Below, piece by piece: positions 25,710-37,489 of a DNA stretch of 43,701 nucleotides. The DNA is from Psammoneis japonica (lineage: Eukaryota): assembly GCA_008632985.1 (NCBI GenBank), contig QPGO01000355.1, positions 1 to 43,701 on the forward strand. Direction: 5' to 3'. The position numbers and the translations under genes are program-made. Under the pieces are notes generated by a model. That model saw nothing but the letters and a program-made list of their open reading frames with translations. It was not told the origin of the DNA and did not search any database. The stretch's first letter is position 1. Every line of letters starts with the position of its first letter.

Positions 25710-27650
25710 TTTGCTGAAACATGCTGCATGTTTCAGCAAAATTTGCTGAAACATGCATTTTGCTGAAACAGGTTTCAGCAAAATCTGCTGAAACATGAGT
25801 CCTGTTTGAGCAATTTTGCTGCAATGATTGTGGCGGCATTTTGTTCATGCTTGTCTGGGTGGTTGGCCAGTCAGAGTGTCCGCTGGTGACAAGATCAGTT
25901 GCCGTGCAGACAACGTGCAGATGCAATGAAGGACAGCCGATCCAATCCATTTGAGCATGGATTTGGAACGAGCTCAACGAGCCAGTTCCAGATCCGATTG
26001 CCAATGGTTTGGAGCTCCTGTCCATTGCACTTTTGGTTTCATGCACTGTCCCATGACAAAGCACACCACGTGCCACATCGTGCAGCCAAGCTGCACTGAC
26101 ACCATGGGGAAATGAGCAAGGTGTCATGATTGCTGCTGTTGCTTTGACAGGGAAGCAAAAAATGTTCCAAACAAGGCACCAACAATTGTTTGCAGCATCC
26201 AACAACAGCGTTCACTGCAAAAATTAGCTCTTCTTCTCTCTTTAAAAAAAAAATCATTCCATTGTTCCTTTTCCATGTCCCGCATGGTGCGTTGTCAACG
26301 TTGAAAATCAGAGTGTCATTTTCTGCATCTGTCATGGGAAACTGGCAGAAACAAAATGACGCTGTCCATGCACGTGTGTTCCTCAGATGCTGACAATTCC
26401 TTGGATGCTGACAACTGCATCTGCAGCGGAAATCAACCCAGTGATTGCAGACTTGCCGGTGTCAGCGCAGTGGTCGTGAGAGCCCTGCAGAAAAAAGTCA
26501 GCAAACACACTGCTTGTTGGCATGTCTGAGTGCAGCACAACAGCCAACAGTGATGAGAAATCAAGTGCAGCCATCAAAACATGCACTGTTTTACAGTGGT
26601 GTGACTGCACTCTCATCTTGATTGACGTTGTGGCCACTGATCTACAAATGATCAAGCCCCATGGTGGGAGATGTGGTGTTTTCCATTGTTCTGAGCATTG
26701 CATGAGATGCAACTGCAAAATGCCATGTCATGTGCCATGATGTCGTGTGGCTTCATGTGCAATGCATGGGGTGAACCTCAAGCAACCAGGAGGTGGTGGC
26801 TGCCCAATGCACCCCAAGTGACCCAGATGTTGGGATTCTTGATTTGCCAAAATCACATCCATTGTTGCACGCCCTCACCCGACAAACCTTGAAAGCTGCT
26901 GCTGCAATGTCGACAACCACATGGCGCTCTCAACAAGCATGACAATCATCTCAAATGTGCAACCCAATTGCATGATCAAATTGCAAACATTCAAATTGGT
27001 GCGCTGGTGCACTCTTGCCTTTCTTGCATCTAAAACAGGTGCTGTGAGATGACACAAGCAACAAAACTTTTCATCGCGGTGATTGGTGATCGGTGCACAC
27101 ATCTTGTGCTGGAGTCATGCAGAATCCTGCAGGCAAAGCAGTTGACAGCCGTCATTTTTCTGAAAAGTCTTGGTGGACGTGCGCTGTGTTGTTCGATGCC
27201 TGCTTCACCTCCACAGCCACAGAAGCAGCCCATGTCAATTGGCTTGAAATGACACAGCATCTGAACGAAAGATTCTGGCAGAATGAGGTTTGAAAGACCC
27301 CAAAAAGAGGAAAAACACTTTGCCACAGCAATTCTCTGTTGTGACAAGGCAACGTTGACCATGCAGTGATTAAATCACATCATTGCCACACAGCATTGAT
27401 GCAGCAGACTGGCTGAAATGTGGGCTGCTTGAACATTTTGCTTTTGCAGCAACTTGTTTGCTTCAAGCCTTGCCAAAGCACATTCAAAGGCACTGACTGC
27501 AGTGGCAAGTTTGTGCTTCAATGCACCATGTGGTTGTGAGTGGAGTCAGTGCCAGCAACATGGGTGGCATTTTTTTCATTCAGAAACTGAGTCACTCATC
27601 AACACACAATTTTGCCTGTTGCATGTTTCAGCAAAATTTGCTGAAACATG
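25710..27650. mobile_element. Module D copy 3 (right end shortened)
   Basis: Palindromes at 25727-25755 and 27622-27650. About 190 bp present in copies 1 and 2 is missing directly after the right palindrome. Confidence 0.55.
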
Positions 27651-30600
27651 TTTGCTCATTTCCGTTGAAATTGTGTGATGTCGCACATTTCAGCAGATTG
27701 CCCAGATGGCACTGCAAACACCCCACACATGTCAGGCACACAACTCCTGCACATCTCAAACATGCCTCACACACACCACACAACTGCCCCACACAGGCCT
27801 GGCACACTTGCTGTGCACACCTTGCACATGTGTTGCTCACATCTTTTGCACATGCCGCGCACATCTTTCAAACATTTCATGCATGTGTTGTGCACATTTT
27901 AAGCCCTGGGGTGCAACAAAATGGTTGGCAAACTGCCACTTCAAATTGCTCACAACAACAGTGGGGCTGCCATCACATGTGTTCATGATGGACACGTGTT
28001 TCATTGTTGGCTCTCCCCTCCAACTTGCAATTTCAGAATCATCTTTTCTGTCAGCAAGGATCAGCTCTGAAACAAAAACAGAGTGCAACAGAAGTGACTC
28101 ATTGCATGAGACGTTGACAAGTCTGGCTGAAGTGGTGGGTCTTTGACTCCAAGGTCAGCGTCAAGCAACACTCTTTTCTTGTTGCCCTCTTCTGCTGTTG
28201 GTGCTTGGCTGCCTCCACCCAATGGGGCGCCCCCTTCTTTAGAAGCTGAGTGTGCACCTTGATGATGCCAATCATCAAATTCTGCACTCCAGCTTGCTCC
28301 GTGGCTTGCAATGGTCTCTGCCTCTTCACAAGACACAAGTTGTCAATCACTCTCCAATTTGATTGCGTTTTCCAGCAAACGGGGCAATTCTTGGATGATG
28401 CGGTCTGCCGCTTTTGCTGGGGGCATCACAATTTCTTTTGCACCAGAAAAGTCTGGTTTCAGAATCTCCTGAGAGGACCAGGTCTTGCTGCTCTGAATGA
28501 GTGGGCTGTCTTTGTCACAGATCTTGTGTTTCTTTGACTCGTCAATCAAAGTCTCCACAATGACATGGAGAACAGACTGTTTGCATCCAATTTTTCACTG
28601 CAACTCTTGCGCCCAAGGTTGTCAAAATGTGCAGTCAAGTGGCAGCACTTTGAAAAGCATCTGAAATCAATTCCATCTTTGGCGAGTTGTTGCGCTCGTC
28701 ACAGACACATCTTTTGAATGTTTCGCACATCTCGCAAACAGCTTGCAAGCACCTCACGCACACACTGCACACATCTCACAAGCGCCAATGCACACACCTT
28801 GTGCACATTTCGCAAACACCTCTTGCACACCTTGCACACATCTTTCAAACTTTTTTGTGCGCATCTTGCGCACATCTCACAAAACCCTCAAATGTGCCAC
28901 TTCACACACATCTTGCACACATCTCAAAAACATCTCACACACATCATGAGCACATCTTGTGCACACCTTGTGAACACCTCAAGAACAGATTGCACACATT
29001 TTGCACACATTTGGCAAACATCTCACAAACACCTCCTCACGCACAGGCACCACACACATCTTGCAAACACCTCTCACACACATTGTGCGCACATCACAAA
29101 TGCCTTGTGCACATTTTGCAAACACCTTGCACACATCATTTCAAACTTTTTGCACCCACAAGTCAAACATTTTGCACAAAGCTTGCACACACATCTTGCA
29201 AACACATGGCACACATTTCACACACATCTGGCAAACATCTCACAAACACCTTGCACAAACGCTGCCCACCACATGCACACATCCTGTGCACCTCGCATGT
29301 GTGCCCTGCAAATTGCTTTCACACACATCTTGCAAAGACACCACGCAAGTCAGCCACACAGCTCTTGCACATCTCCAGTGCCTCAGACATGCACAAGGTG
29401 TTTGTGAGATGTGTGTCTGGTGTGTGTGGAGCATGAGTGAGGTGATTTGTCAAAGCAAGAGCCACCTGCAAAAGAGTTGTGGCACAAACTTTGTTGGCAC
29501 GTTTTGCAGTCGTTGTGCTTGTGCTCAGCTTTCCAGGAGCTTCCTCATGCAAAGTGCATCCAGCCCCACATTTGCAGTCACATTGTCCAGTGTGAACCCC
29601 GGCACTCATCAGCATCTCAACAACATTTGATGGCATGACACTCTTGCACCACGAGAGTCTTTTGAGGGCCAAAGAGTGTGCACAAAGCTGGGCAAACGGG
29701 GACAGGATGAGATGGATCTCTGCTGAACAACTTTTGCAGATGGAAACAGCAAGCCCTTTTCATGGTCAAACCTTCTGAGTCAGCAAAATCTTTGTTGGGT
29801 TTTCCAAACTCCTGCTGTGCTTGAAACATCTTGCACACACCTCGCACATGTGTTGCGCACATCTTTCAAATGTTTTGTGCACATCTTGCACACATCTTGC
29901 AAATCTGACACACACAATTTGCACAAATCTTAAACACACACACCTCGCACAATGTTGGCCAACATCTCACGCACATCTCACAAACACCCCACACACATCT
30001 TGCACACATGTTTCAAACATTTGCGCGCATCTTGCGCACACACCACAAACACCTCACAAACACTTTGCACACATCTCACACACATTCTGTGCACATCTTG
30101 TGCACACATCTTTCAAACATTTTGCACATCTCACAAACATCTGTCAAACACCTTGCACACACATTGTGCACATCTCACAAATGTCCTGCACACACCTTGC
30201 ACACATTGTGCAAACACATCATGTGCATTTTGTGCGTGCATCTTTCAACTCCCCCTCATGAACCTTTCAAACAATTTGTGCACATCTTGCAAACACCTTG
30301 CACACATCTTGCAAATCTGACACACACATTTTGCACACATCTCAAACACACACACACACACACACACACACCTCACACAATGTTGGCCAACATCTCACAC
30401 ACATCTCACAAACAACCCACACACATCTTGCACACATGCTTCAAACATCAGCGCACATCGTGCGCACACATTGCAAACACCTCACAAACACTTTGCACAC
30501 ATCTCACACACATTCTGTGCACATCTTGTGCACACATCTTTCAAACATTTTGCACATCTCACAAACATCTGTCAAACACCTTGCACACACATTGTGCACA

Positions 30601-31007
30601 TCTCACAAATGTCCTGCACACACCTTGCACACATTGTGCAAACACATCATGTGCATTTTGTGCGAGCATCTTTCAACTCCCCCTCATGAACCTTTCAAAC
30701 AATTTGTGCACATCTTGCAAACACCTGGCACACACCACTTCACACACATCTCACAAATGTCTTGCACACATCTGGTGTGCATGTTGCACACATCTTGCAC
30801 ACTGACCACACATCTCATGCAAACCTGGCAAACATCTCACAAGCAAATTGTGCGCATGCTGCGCACATCACACAAACACCCCACACATGCGCTGACCATG
30901 TCTGGCACACCTTGTGTGTGTTTTTCAACATTTTGCACACACCTGCTTTGCACACCATGCACACATCTTGCAAACACCCCACACATGTCAGGCGCACAAC
31001 TCACGCA

Positions 31008-32245
31008 CATCTCAAACATGCCTCTGGCACACACCCATGGCGTGCACATCTCTCACACACCGCGCACATCTCACACACATTTTTGCAAACACTTTGCACA
31101 CATCACTCAAATGTTTTGTGCACGTGCCACACACACCTTGTTGCAAACATCTCACAAACACCTTGCACACATTTTGCAAACACACCTTGCACTCATCTTG
31201 CACACATTTTCCACACATCTCATGCACATCTTGCACACATTGTCCAAACATTTTGCACACATTTCTCAAACATCTTGCTGATGCCTCGTGCATTTTGCAC
31301 ACACTTTGCACACATCTGGTGTGCACGTCTTGCACTCACACACATCTTGCAAACACCCTGCACACACCTTGCACAATTGCAAGCATCTTGCTGACACCTC
31401 ACACACACATCTCTTTTGAGTGTGTTGCGTGCATCTCAAACATGCCTCTGGCACACACCCATGGCATGCACATCTCTCACACACTGTGCACATCTCACAC
31501 ACATTTTTGCAAACACTTTGCACACATCACTCAAATGTTTTGTGCACGTGCCACACACACCTTGTTGCAAACATCTCACAAACACCTTGCACACATTTTG
31601 CAAATGCACCTTGCACTCATCTTGCACACATTTTCCACACATCTTGTGCACATCTTGCGCACATTGTCCAAACATTTCGCGCACATTTCTCAAACATCTT
31701 GCTGATGCCTCGTGCATTTTTGCACACACTTTGCACACATCTCGTGTGCACGTCTTGCAAACACCCTGCACACACCTTGCACAATTGCAAGCATCTTGCT
31801 GACACCTCGCACACACACATCTCTTTTGAGTGTGTTGCGCGCATCTCAAACATGCTTCTGGTGCACACCCATGGTGTGCACATCTCTCACACACCGTGCA
31901 CATCTCACACACATTTTTGCAAACACTTTGCACACGTCACTCAAATGTTTTGTGCACGTGCCACACACACCTTGTCGCAAACATCTCACAAACACCTTGC
32001 ACAAATTTTGCAAAAACACCTTGCACTCATCTTGCACACATTTTCCACACATCTTGCACACATTGTCTGAACATTTTGCACACATCTCTCAAACAACTTG
32101 CTGATGCCTCGCGCATTTTGTGCACACTTTGCACACATCTCACATGCACGTCTTGCACTCACACACATCTTGCAAACACCCTGCGCACACCTTGCACAAT
32201 TGCAAGCATCTTGCTGACACCTCACACACACATCTCTTTTGCGTG
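31008..32245 (+). repeat. Higher-order tandem repeat of the satellite, 3 units of ~410-424 bp
   Basis: Marker CATCTCAAACATGCYTCTGG at 31008, 31432 and 31842. Confidence 0.9.
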
Positions 32246-32796
32246 CTTTGCACACATCTTTCAAGCGTTCTGCACACATGATCTTGCAATCACCACATTT
32301 TGCAACCACCTGCGCACATCTCATGCACCACATCGTTCAAACGCTTCACACACATCTCACACACAGCATGGTTTTTCAAACATCTGGCAAAACACCTCAC
32401 ACACACTTCTTCACAAACATTTTGCAAACATCTCACAAACACCTTGTGCACATCATTCATGTCATGCACCTTTTGTTTGTGCGCATCTTTCAAACATTTT
32501 GCACACATCTCACCCAAGCACCTCACACACATTTGACACACATCTTGTGCGCATCTTGTGTGCACGTCTTGCACACACCTGGCACACATCTTGCACACAT
32601 CTTCCAAACAATTTGTGCACAACTCACACATGTCTTGCAAACACCTCACACGCATCTCCAGTGCACATCTTGCACAAATCTTTCAAACACTTCACACATC
32701 TTGCACACACACTGCAAACACCTCACTCACATCTCACACACATCTTGCACAACCACCTTTTTGTGCACATTTCACATGTTGTGCACATCTTTCAAA

Positions 32797-34278
32797 CAGG
32801 ATGCTGAGACCTGCTGCAGCCATGGAAATTGGGGCACAATTCAGGGCACAATTTGGTGGAGTGCAATTCAGGGCACAATTTGGAGGTGCAAAAATGTGCG
32901 CCGCGCAAATGTGCGCCCAAAATTGCGCCCATTGTCACACGAGTGCAAGTGTGTGAAATTGGGTGTCTGCAATTCTGAGAGAAATGATGTGTCCATTGAA
33001 CACATGCTCCTGAAATTTTGATGATGACTGAGCAGGAATGACTCCACATCTCTGATTTTGGTCAACTTGCATGTGTGCAAAACTGAACACTCCAATGACA
33101 GCATCAAAACACTGTGGTGCTCAGCAGCTCCGCTGCAACCTTGTGCACGCCAAATCATTGTTCTGACAAGTCCTGTTCATTTGCGATGACTTGGCTGACA
33201 TTGCAAATTGCTGTTGCATCCATGGGCTTTCAGCAACCACATGACGATGTGTTTTTCTTGTGAGGTGGCATGAACTTGCCTTCCGTCTGTCATCCGTTGA
33301 TGGCAATCTCATCATTTTTGCCACTGTTTCTTTCATGAATGTGCCACACAATGGCTCCCCAGCAAGCAGTCCCTCTGCATCTCTTGCTGATTGAAGTTCA
33401 TTGTTGGTTGTTGGTTGTCACTGTTGTTTGACACTCTGATGTTTGTTGCCATCATGGGCAATGATGAGTCTGGAAAAGAGTGATGTGGGCTGCGTGCTGT
33501 TGCACATTTTGCACATGTGTCTTGGTTTGCACATGACGCCAGCAAAGCAAGCCAAAGTTTGCTTCACACACCGCATCATCAAGTTGCCATTGTGGTTGTC
33601 ATGACTGCAGAAACAACACAAATTGACAGTGTGAAATGAACACAATGTGTCTCTTGAAGGAACTGGCAAAGCACACAGCAGTTCTTCTGCAGCGGACCTT
33701 TTGTCCTCAAAAGATTTTGCCAGTCTTGATGTGCATCATAGAAAGTCAATGCATGAGATCACCAAAGTGCATCTGTGTGACACAGAAACAACTGTGCTGA
33801 CCAATTTGGATGCAACCACTTCAATGGCACTGTTGTTGTGTTGTTTGAATTTAGGCTGGGGGCTCGAATGGCCCAAGAAGGAGTGAGCAAAAGCTCTCTC
33901 CACTTGACAACCACTTGAGTTGCTCCACAAGCTTGTTGCATTTGCACTGAACAAAAAAAAAAGGCACCCCCAGACTGAGAAAAACATGGCGGCTCTGATG
34001 GCGTCATTCTTGTTGTCACAAGGCAGAGCTTTGGTGCCATCATCATGGGCTGTCATCTTCATTGCACCAGGCAGGGTGTTTGCAGCACCTTTTTGTTTTT
34101 CACACCAGCTGGGTTGCCAAAATGCCAAAATGAAAAAGAACTGAGGTTGGCTCTTTTTCATTTTCTTTTTTTGCTTGCCCAGGGTTGGCCTTGCACCCCA
34201 AAGTTGCGCCCCAAATTGCGCCCCCACCCCACTCGCACTGTGACTGCAACGGGTCTGAGACCAGCACACAGCATCCTG
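32797..34278. mobile_element. Putative TIR DNA transposon remnant (~1.48 kb)
   Basis: Left end CAGGATGCTG-AGACCTGCTGCAGCCA. The right end reverse-complements to CAGGATGCTG-(12 nt)-AGACCCGTTGCAGTCA. Subterminal GGGCRCAATTTGG repeats in inverted orientation at ~32831-32930 and ~34191-34225. No TSD or transposase motif seen. Confidence 0.6.
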
Positions 34279-34329
34279 ACTGCAACAACTGAAAAAGTGA
34301 AAAAAGCTTGTGTCATTGCTCAAGGATCA

Positions 34330-35300
34330 AACAGCAAAGAGAGGGTGGGGAAATGACATGATGGCCCCACCTTCTGGAAAATGATCACTGGGTGACACAA
34401 AAATCGCAGGACAACTTTGTTCCCCACCAAGCAAGAAGCCAAACTGCTGCCACCTTTGAAAAATGATGTGACTCCTCAGAAGTGCAAATGACTCTAGCCA
34501 AAAGTTTTCCAGAGGCAAAATGTTTGGGTTGGTTGGGCTGCAGCCAAATCAACTCACACAAGCCAGACCTTTTGCAGCCACGATGAAGGCACTTGTGCCC
34601 ACTCCCTCTCAAGGGAACATGAGAGCTGTGCCCTGCACAACTCCCACTGTGGTGTGTGCTGCAGAAAAGCTGGCATTGCCAAATGACTCTGTTGCCAAAT
34701 GTTTGTGTTGCCTCTCTTTGCTGGTCAAAGCAACGATGACCAGCTTCTCTTGCTGAGAACTTTCTGAGGCTCTGGAGCTGCAAAAAACTTTCTCCAAAGC
34801 AGGCCCTTTTTCAGCTTCTTGCAATCATGCAACACAACTCATGCCCACACAAACATGATGCCATTGATGGATCCACATTCACGGGATGTTGCAGCACCAG
34901 TGAACAGGGCTGCGGCAAAGATGAGTGTTGTGACAGCAGCTTTAAATGGGGCGGTCTGCTGTGTGCGTGCATGTGTTGAGACCTGCCAAAACGACATGTT
35001 GATGGATCAGAAGCCTTTGCAGGTTTTCACTGGAACACCAAAAATGAGCTCTCCAAGCTGTCCATCATCATTGGGGGGGGGGGGGGGCTCCTCTTCAACA
35101 GCCGCCAACCCCACTCTGTTGGAGAACATTTCGACCCAAGCCCTTTCCCCACCCTGCAACACCAGCAAGTTTTCAACCACCTTGATGGCGTTCTTCACGT
35201 GCAATTTTGCAGAACTGCCTCAAATGAGATGACCATCCTTCATCTGGATCTCATCGATGTCCACTCCTCGAACATCGGAGTCGTTTCTCCCATTCGTTTC
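34330..35300 (-). pseudogene. Possible decayed minus-strand gene remnant at the compartment border
   Basis: Protein-like stretches (DSDVRGVDIDEIQMKDGHLI*GSSAKLHVKNAIKVVENLLVLQGGERAWVEMFSNRVG; TTLIFAAALFTGAATS) broken by TGA stops and frameshifts. Family not recognised. Confidence 0.3.
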
Positions 35301-35317
35301 TCTCTACGAGTCGTGCA

Positions 35318-36817
35318 ATGACGTCATCTACGACCGATCGACTTCAGTCGTGTCGCAAGAGAAGAGCGCGATCCAACGCATTTCAGCGAGCTTGTTGTTC
35401 GGGGCAGAAGCAAAAGGCAAAAGATAGGATGTTGTCGTTGTTGTACAGCAGTGCTATTGCATCGCGAGTCTCGTGGGTAACCGAGAGGATGACGAAATGC
35501 AAAGAATTACTCTTTATTCTTGTGGGCATCGGTCTCATGCGCCAGCTATCGAACCAGTCTCTCTTTGAATACCTTCAGTCTTGTGTTGATAACAACATGA
35601 CTGCGGTCGAAGTTGTGCCGCCCACGAAGCGAAAGCCCAAAAACGAATTGAAGTTTCGTGTTTGTAATAGTGCCGACAAAACGAATAATGTAACTCTGCC
35701 CTCGGCATCACTGGACAATGAGGGAGTATCGTATCAGTTCTGTTTGAATTGCAAAATGGACGCACAGGAGACCTTTGGAGACATTACGTGCGGGCAACGT
35801 GCCTTGTTTTTGGAGCAATCCACAAACTACAATTATTCCACTCCTGAACTTGCGATTCGAGCGGTTGTTGCTGAATCACCCAAAAGTTGTTGCCAACAAA
35901 TCCCTGAGAAACGAAAAACACGAGATGCTGGAGTTCCGGGCACAATTGGGGATGAATCGAACACCATTACGGCGTGGTGTATTTTGGGAGGCAGCAACGC
36001 GTCCACGTGGAAGGGGTTTTCCCATTCGGCTGAAGCCCTTGTACCTTGTTGGAGCTACTTTTGTCGTGTACGAGAACGTTTGCCGGAATCGAAATTCGGT
36101 ATTTGGTTTCTGCCGCCACAAGACTCGACCTTTCGCAGTCACATTGAAAAGAGTGGGTGGGTGGGGGACTTTCTACAAAGATTCGAGTTTTTATACAACT
36201 TTGGTAGCAATGAACCGCCCAATTTGTCATGGTATTATCGACCAGAGAAGTCTTGGTTTCAAGATCCATCTGACGCAACCCTTCTTTCTGAGGTCATCTT
36301 TCGAGATACAAGTTCTGAGAATCTCGTCAGCCAGACAATGAATCAGACTGATACACTCCGTATAGGCCTCGTGCAGCGACAGGGGCATCGTCGCAACATT
36401 TCCAATTTGCAAGAGATCCAACAACAAATCAAGTCATACTATCCTGATGCAACAGTGGAGTGGGCCGAAATGGAGGACATGTCGTTCATGGAACAGGCGT
36501 CGTATTGGCACCGCCAAGATGTTATAGTTGCCGCCCATGGTGCCGCCATGACGAATGCATTGTTTATGCGACGCGGAACGGCGGTCGTGGAAATCTTTCC
36601 CATTCACTATTATGTATTCATGTATCAACGACTCTGTCAAAGTATGGACGTGAATCATTTTGCTTGGATTGACGATGGGATTCCGTACCCGGAATATGAC
36701 TATTTAAAGCATGCTTCGTCTCGTTTCCGATTGAGATCAACTCTATTGACTCCCCCAGTTTGGCGAATCATGGACCTGGTGCATCAAGCAGTCAATGCAA
36801 GCAAAGGGATGCACTAA
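35318..36817 (+). CDS. Glycosyltransferase family 61-like (DUF563) protein, intronless; probable start at ATG 35429 or 35489
   Basis: 499-aa ORF with normal Tyr content. C-terminal GT61-type signature R...RRNISN...MSFMEQASYWHRQDVIVAAHGAAMTNALFMRRGTAVVEIFP. Hydrophobic LLFILVGIGLM after 35489 fits a type II membrane anchor. Confidence 0.85.
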   Translation: MTSSTTDRLQSCRKRRARSNAFQRACCSGQKQKAKDRMLSLLYSSAIASRVSWVTERMTKCKELLFILVGIGLMRQLSNQSLFEYLQSCVDNNMTAVEVVPPTKRKPKNELKFRVCNSADKTNNVTLPSASLDNEGVSYQFCLNCKMDAQETFGDITCGQRALFLEQSTNYNYSTPELAIRAVVAESPKSCCQQIPEKRKTRDAGVPGTIGDESNTITAWCILGGSNASTWKGFSHSAEALVPCWSYFCRVRERLPESKFGIWFLPPQDSTFRSHIEKSGWVGDFLQRFEFLYNFGSNEPPNLSWYYRPEKSWFQDPSDATLLSEVIFRDTSSENLVSQTMNQTDTLRIGLVQRQGHRRNISNLQEIQQQIKSYYPDATVEWAEMEDMSFMEQASYWHRQDVIVAAHGAAMTNALFMRRGTAVVEIFPIHYYVFMYQRLCQSMDVNHFAWIDDGIPYPEYDYLKHASSRFRLRSTLLTPPVWRIMDLVHQAVNASKGMH

Positions 36818-37489
36818 GCTGTGCGATTGAAACAGACGATAACGGTGTCACGGTGCAACTCCCTGACAAACGTTTCGAAGCAACTGCTTCAAACGCAATG
36901 GAACGCATCAGTCTCGATTGTTTTCTCCATTTGTAAGCCACGGGTTCGATTCGGGACCAAAGCCAAAAATGGGCAAATAGAAGTGCCGCTGTAACGTGCC
37001 GCTATGTGAAGAGCCGCAGGAATACGTGATCGACATGACATTCCGATACGAGTGGATGAAATACCTCAAGAAGTAACCAACCGGGTCCTTACTAACGTCG
37101 TTAGTTGTGTTCTTGTCTTGGTTCTGCACGGTATCATGGTATTGAAACCAGGTACAATGCACTACTGATAGCAAATTTCAAATTGAAACCATTTGGAAGT
37201 CAACCCTTATCTAAGCACTAGCTAGTAGTAGAAAGTAAGTAGTGAATCTGTTTCATTCCGCGTATCTCTTTTCAACGTTGTTGTAGCCAGTGTACTGCTT
37301 GTTGAAGGGGTGGGGATACAGTAGCATTATTTTAAAGAGATTCATTCGCCAATCACTTCAGAACCTAGGATTCTAGAATGTTTAAAATGTTCGTGCATTT
37401 TTCCAAAAAGTTATCTTTGAATTGTACAGCACTCAAATTGCGACAATCATTTGGTATGATAATGTATTAAAACAGGTCTTTACAATTAT

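Larger units (their letters stand above)
1..32796 (+). repeat. Composite repeat array: CA-rich degenerate satellite (units such as CACACATCTTGCA, CACATCTCACAAACACCT) interleaved with duplicated complex modules
   Basis: The short motifs recur throughout, always C/A-rich on the + strand. Multi-kb blocks recur, e.g. ~4270-9050 ~ ~13220-18460 ~ ~25300-28970, ~10215-17240 ~ ~21825-28690, and ~20085-21810 ~ ~28895-30630 (approximate, aligned by eye). Confidence 0.95.

Noticed and set aside
1..32796. Telomeric repeat tract
   Set aside because: No tandem TTAGGG/CCCTAA-type unit; the CA-rich units are degenerate and interspersed with complex modules.
15..33021. Many long His/Thr/Cys-rich ORFs (e.g. 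8651-9901, 30298-31281, 31830-32807) as metal-binding or repeat proteins
   Set aside because: They are open in several overlapping frames on both strands because TAA and TAG are absent; they are translations of satellite DNA.
1..35300. Classical fungal RIP or simple CpG deamination as the sole explanation of the composition
   Set aside because: RIP raises TpA and AT content, and CpG decay does not remove TpA. CpG decay likely contributes but cannot explain the TpA loss.
1..35300. Alternative genetic code or selenoprotein-style TGA readthrough
   Set aside because: The bias is frame- and strand-independent and also affects non-coding repeats. Neighbouring genes use Tyr and TAA/TAG stops normally.
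35535..36672. Short ORFs overlapping the GT61 gene
   Set aside because: Alternative-frame or antisense shadows with no motifs.
36930..37076. B-box-like GGTTCGATTC (~36943) and a short coding-like stretch CEEPQEYVIDMTFRYEWMKYLKK*
   Set aside because: No tRNA stems or A box; the peptide is preceded by an in-frame stop and has no convincing splice connection.
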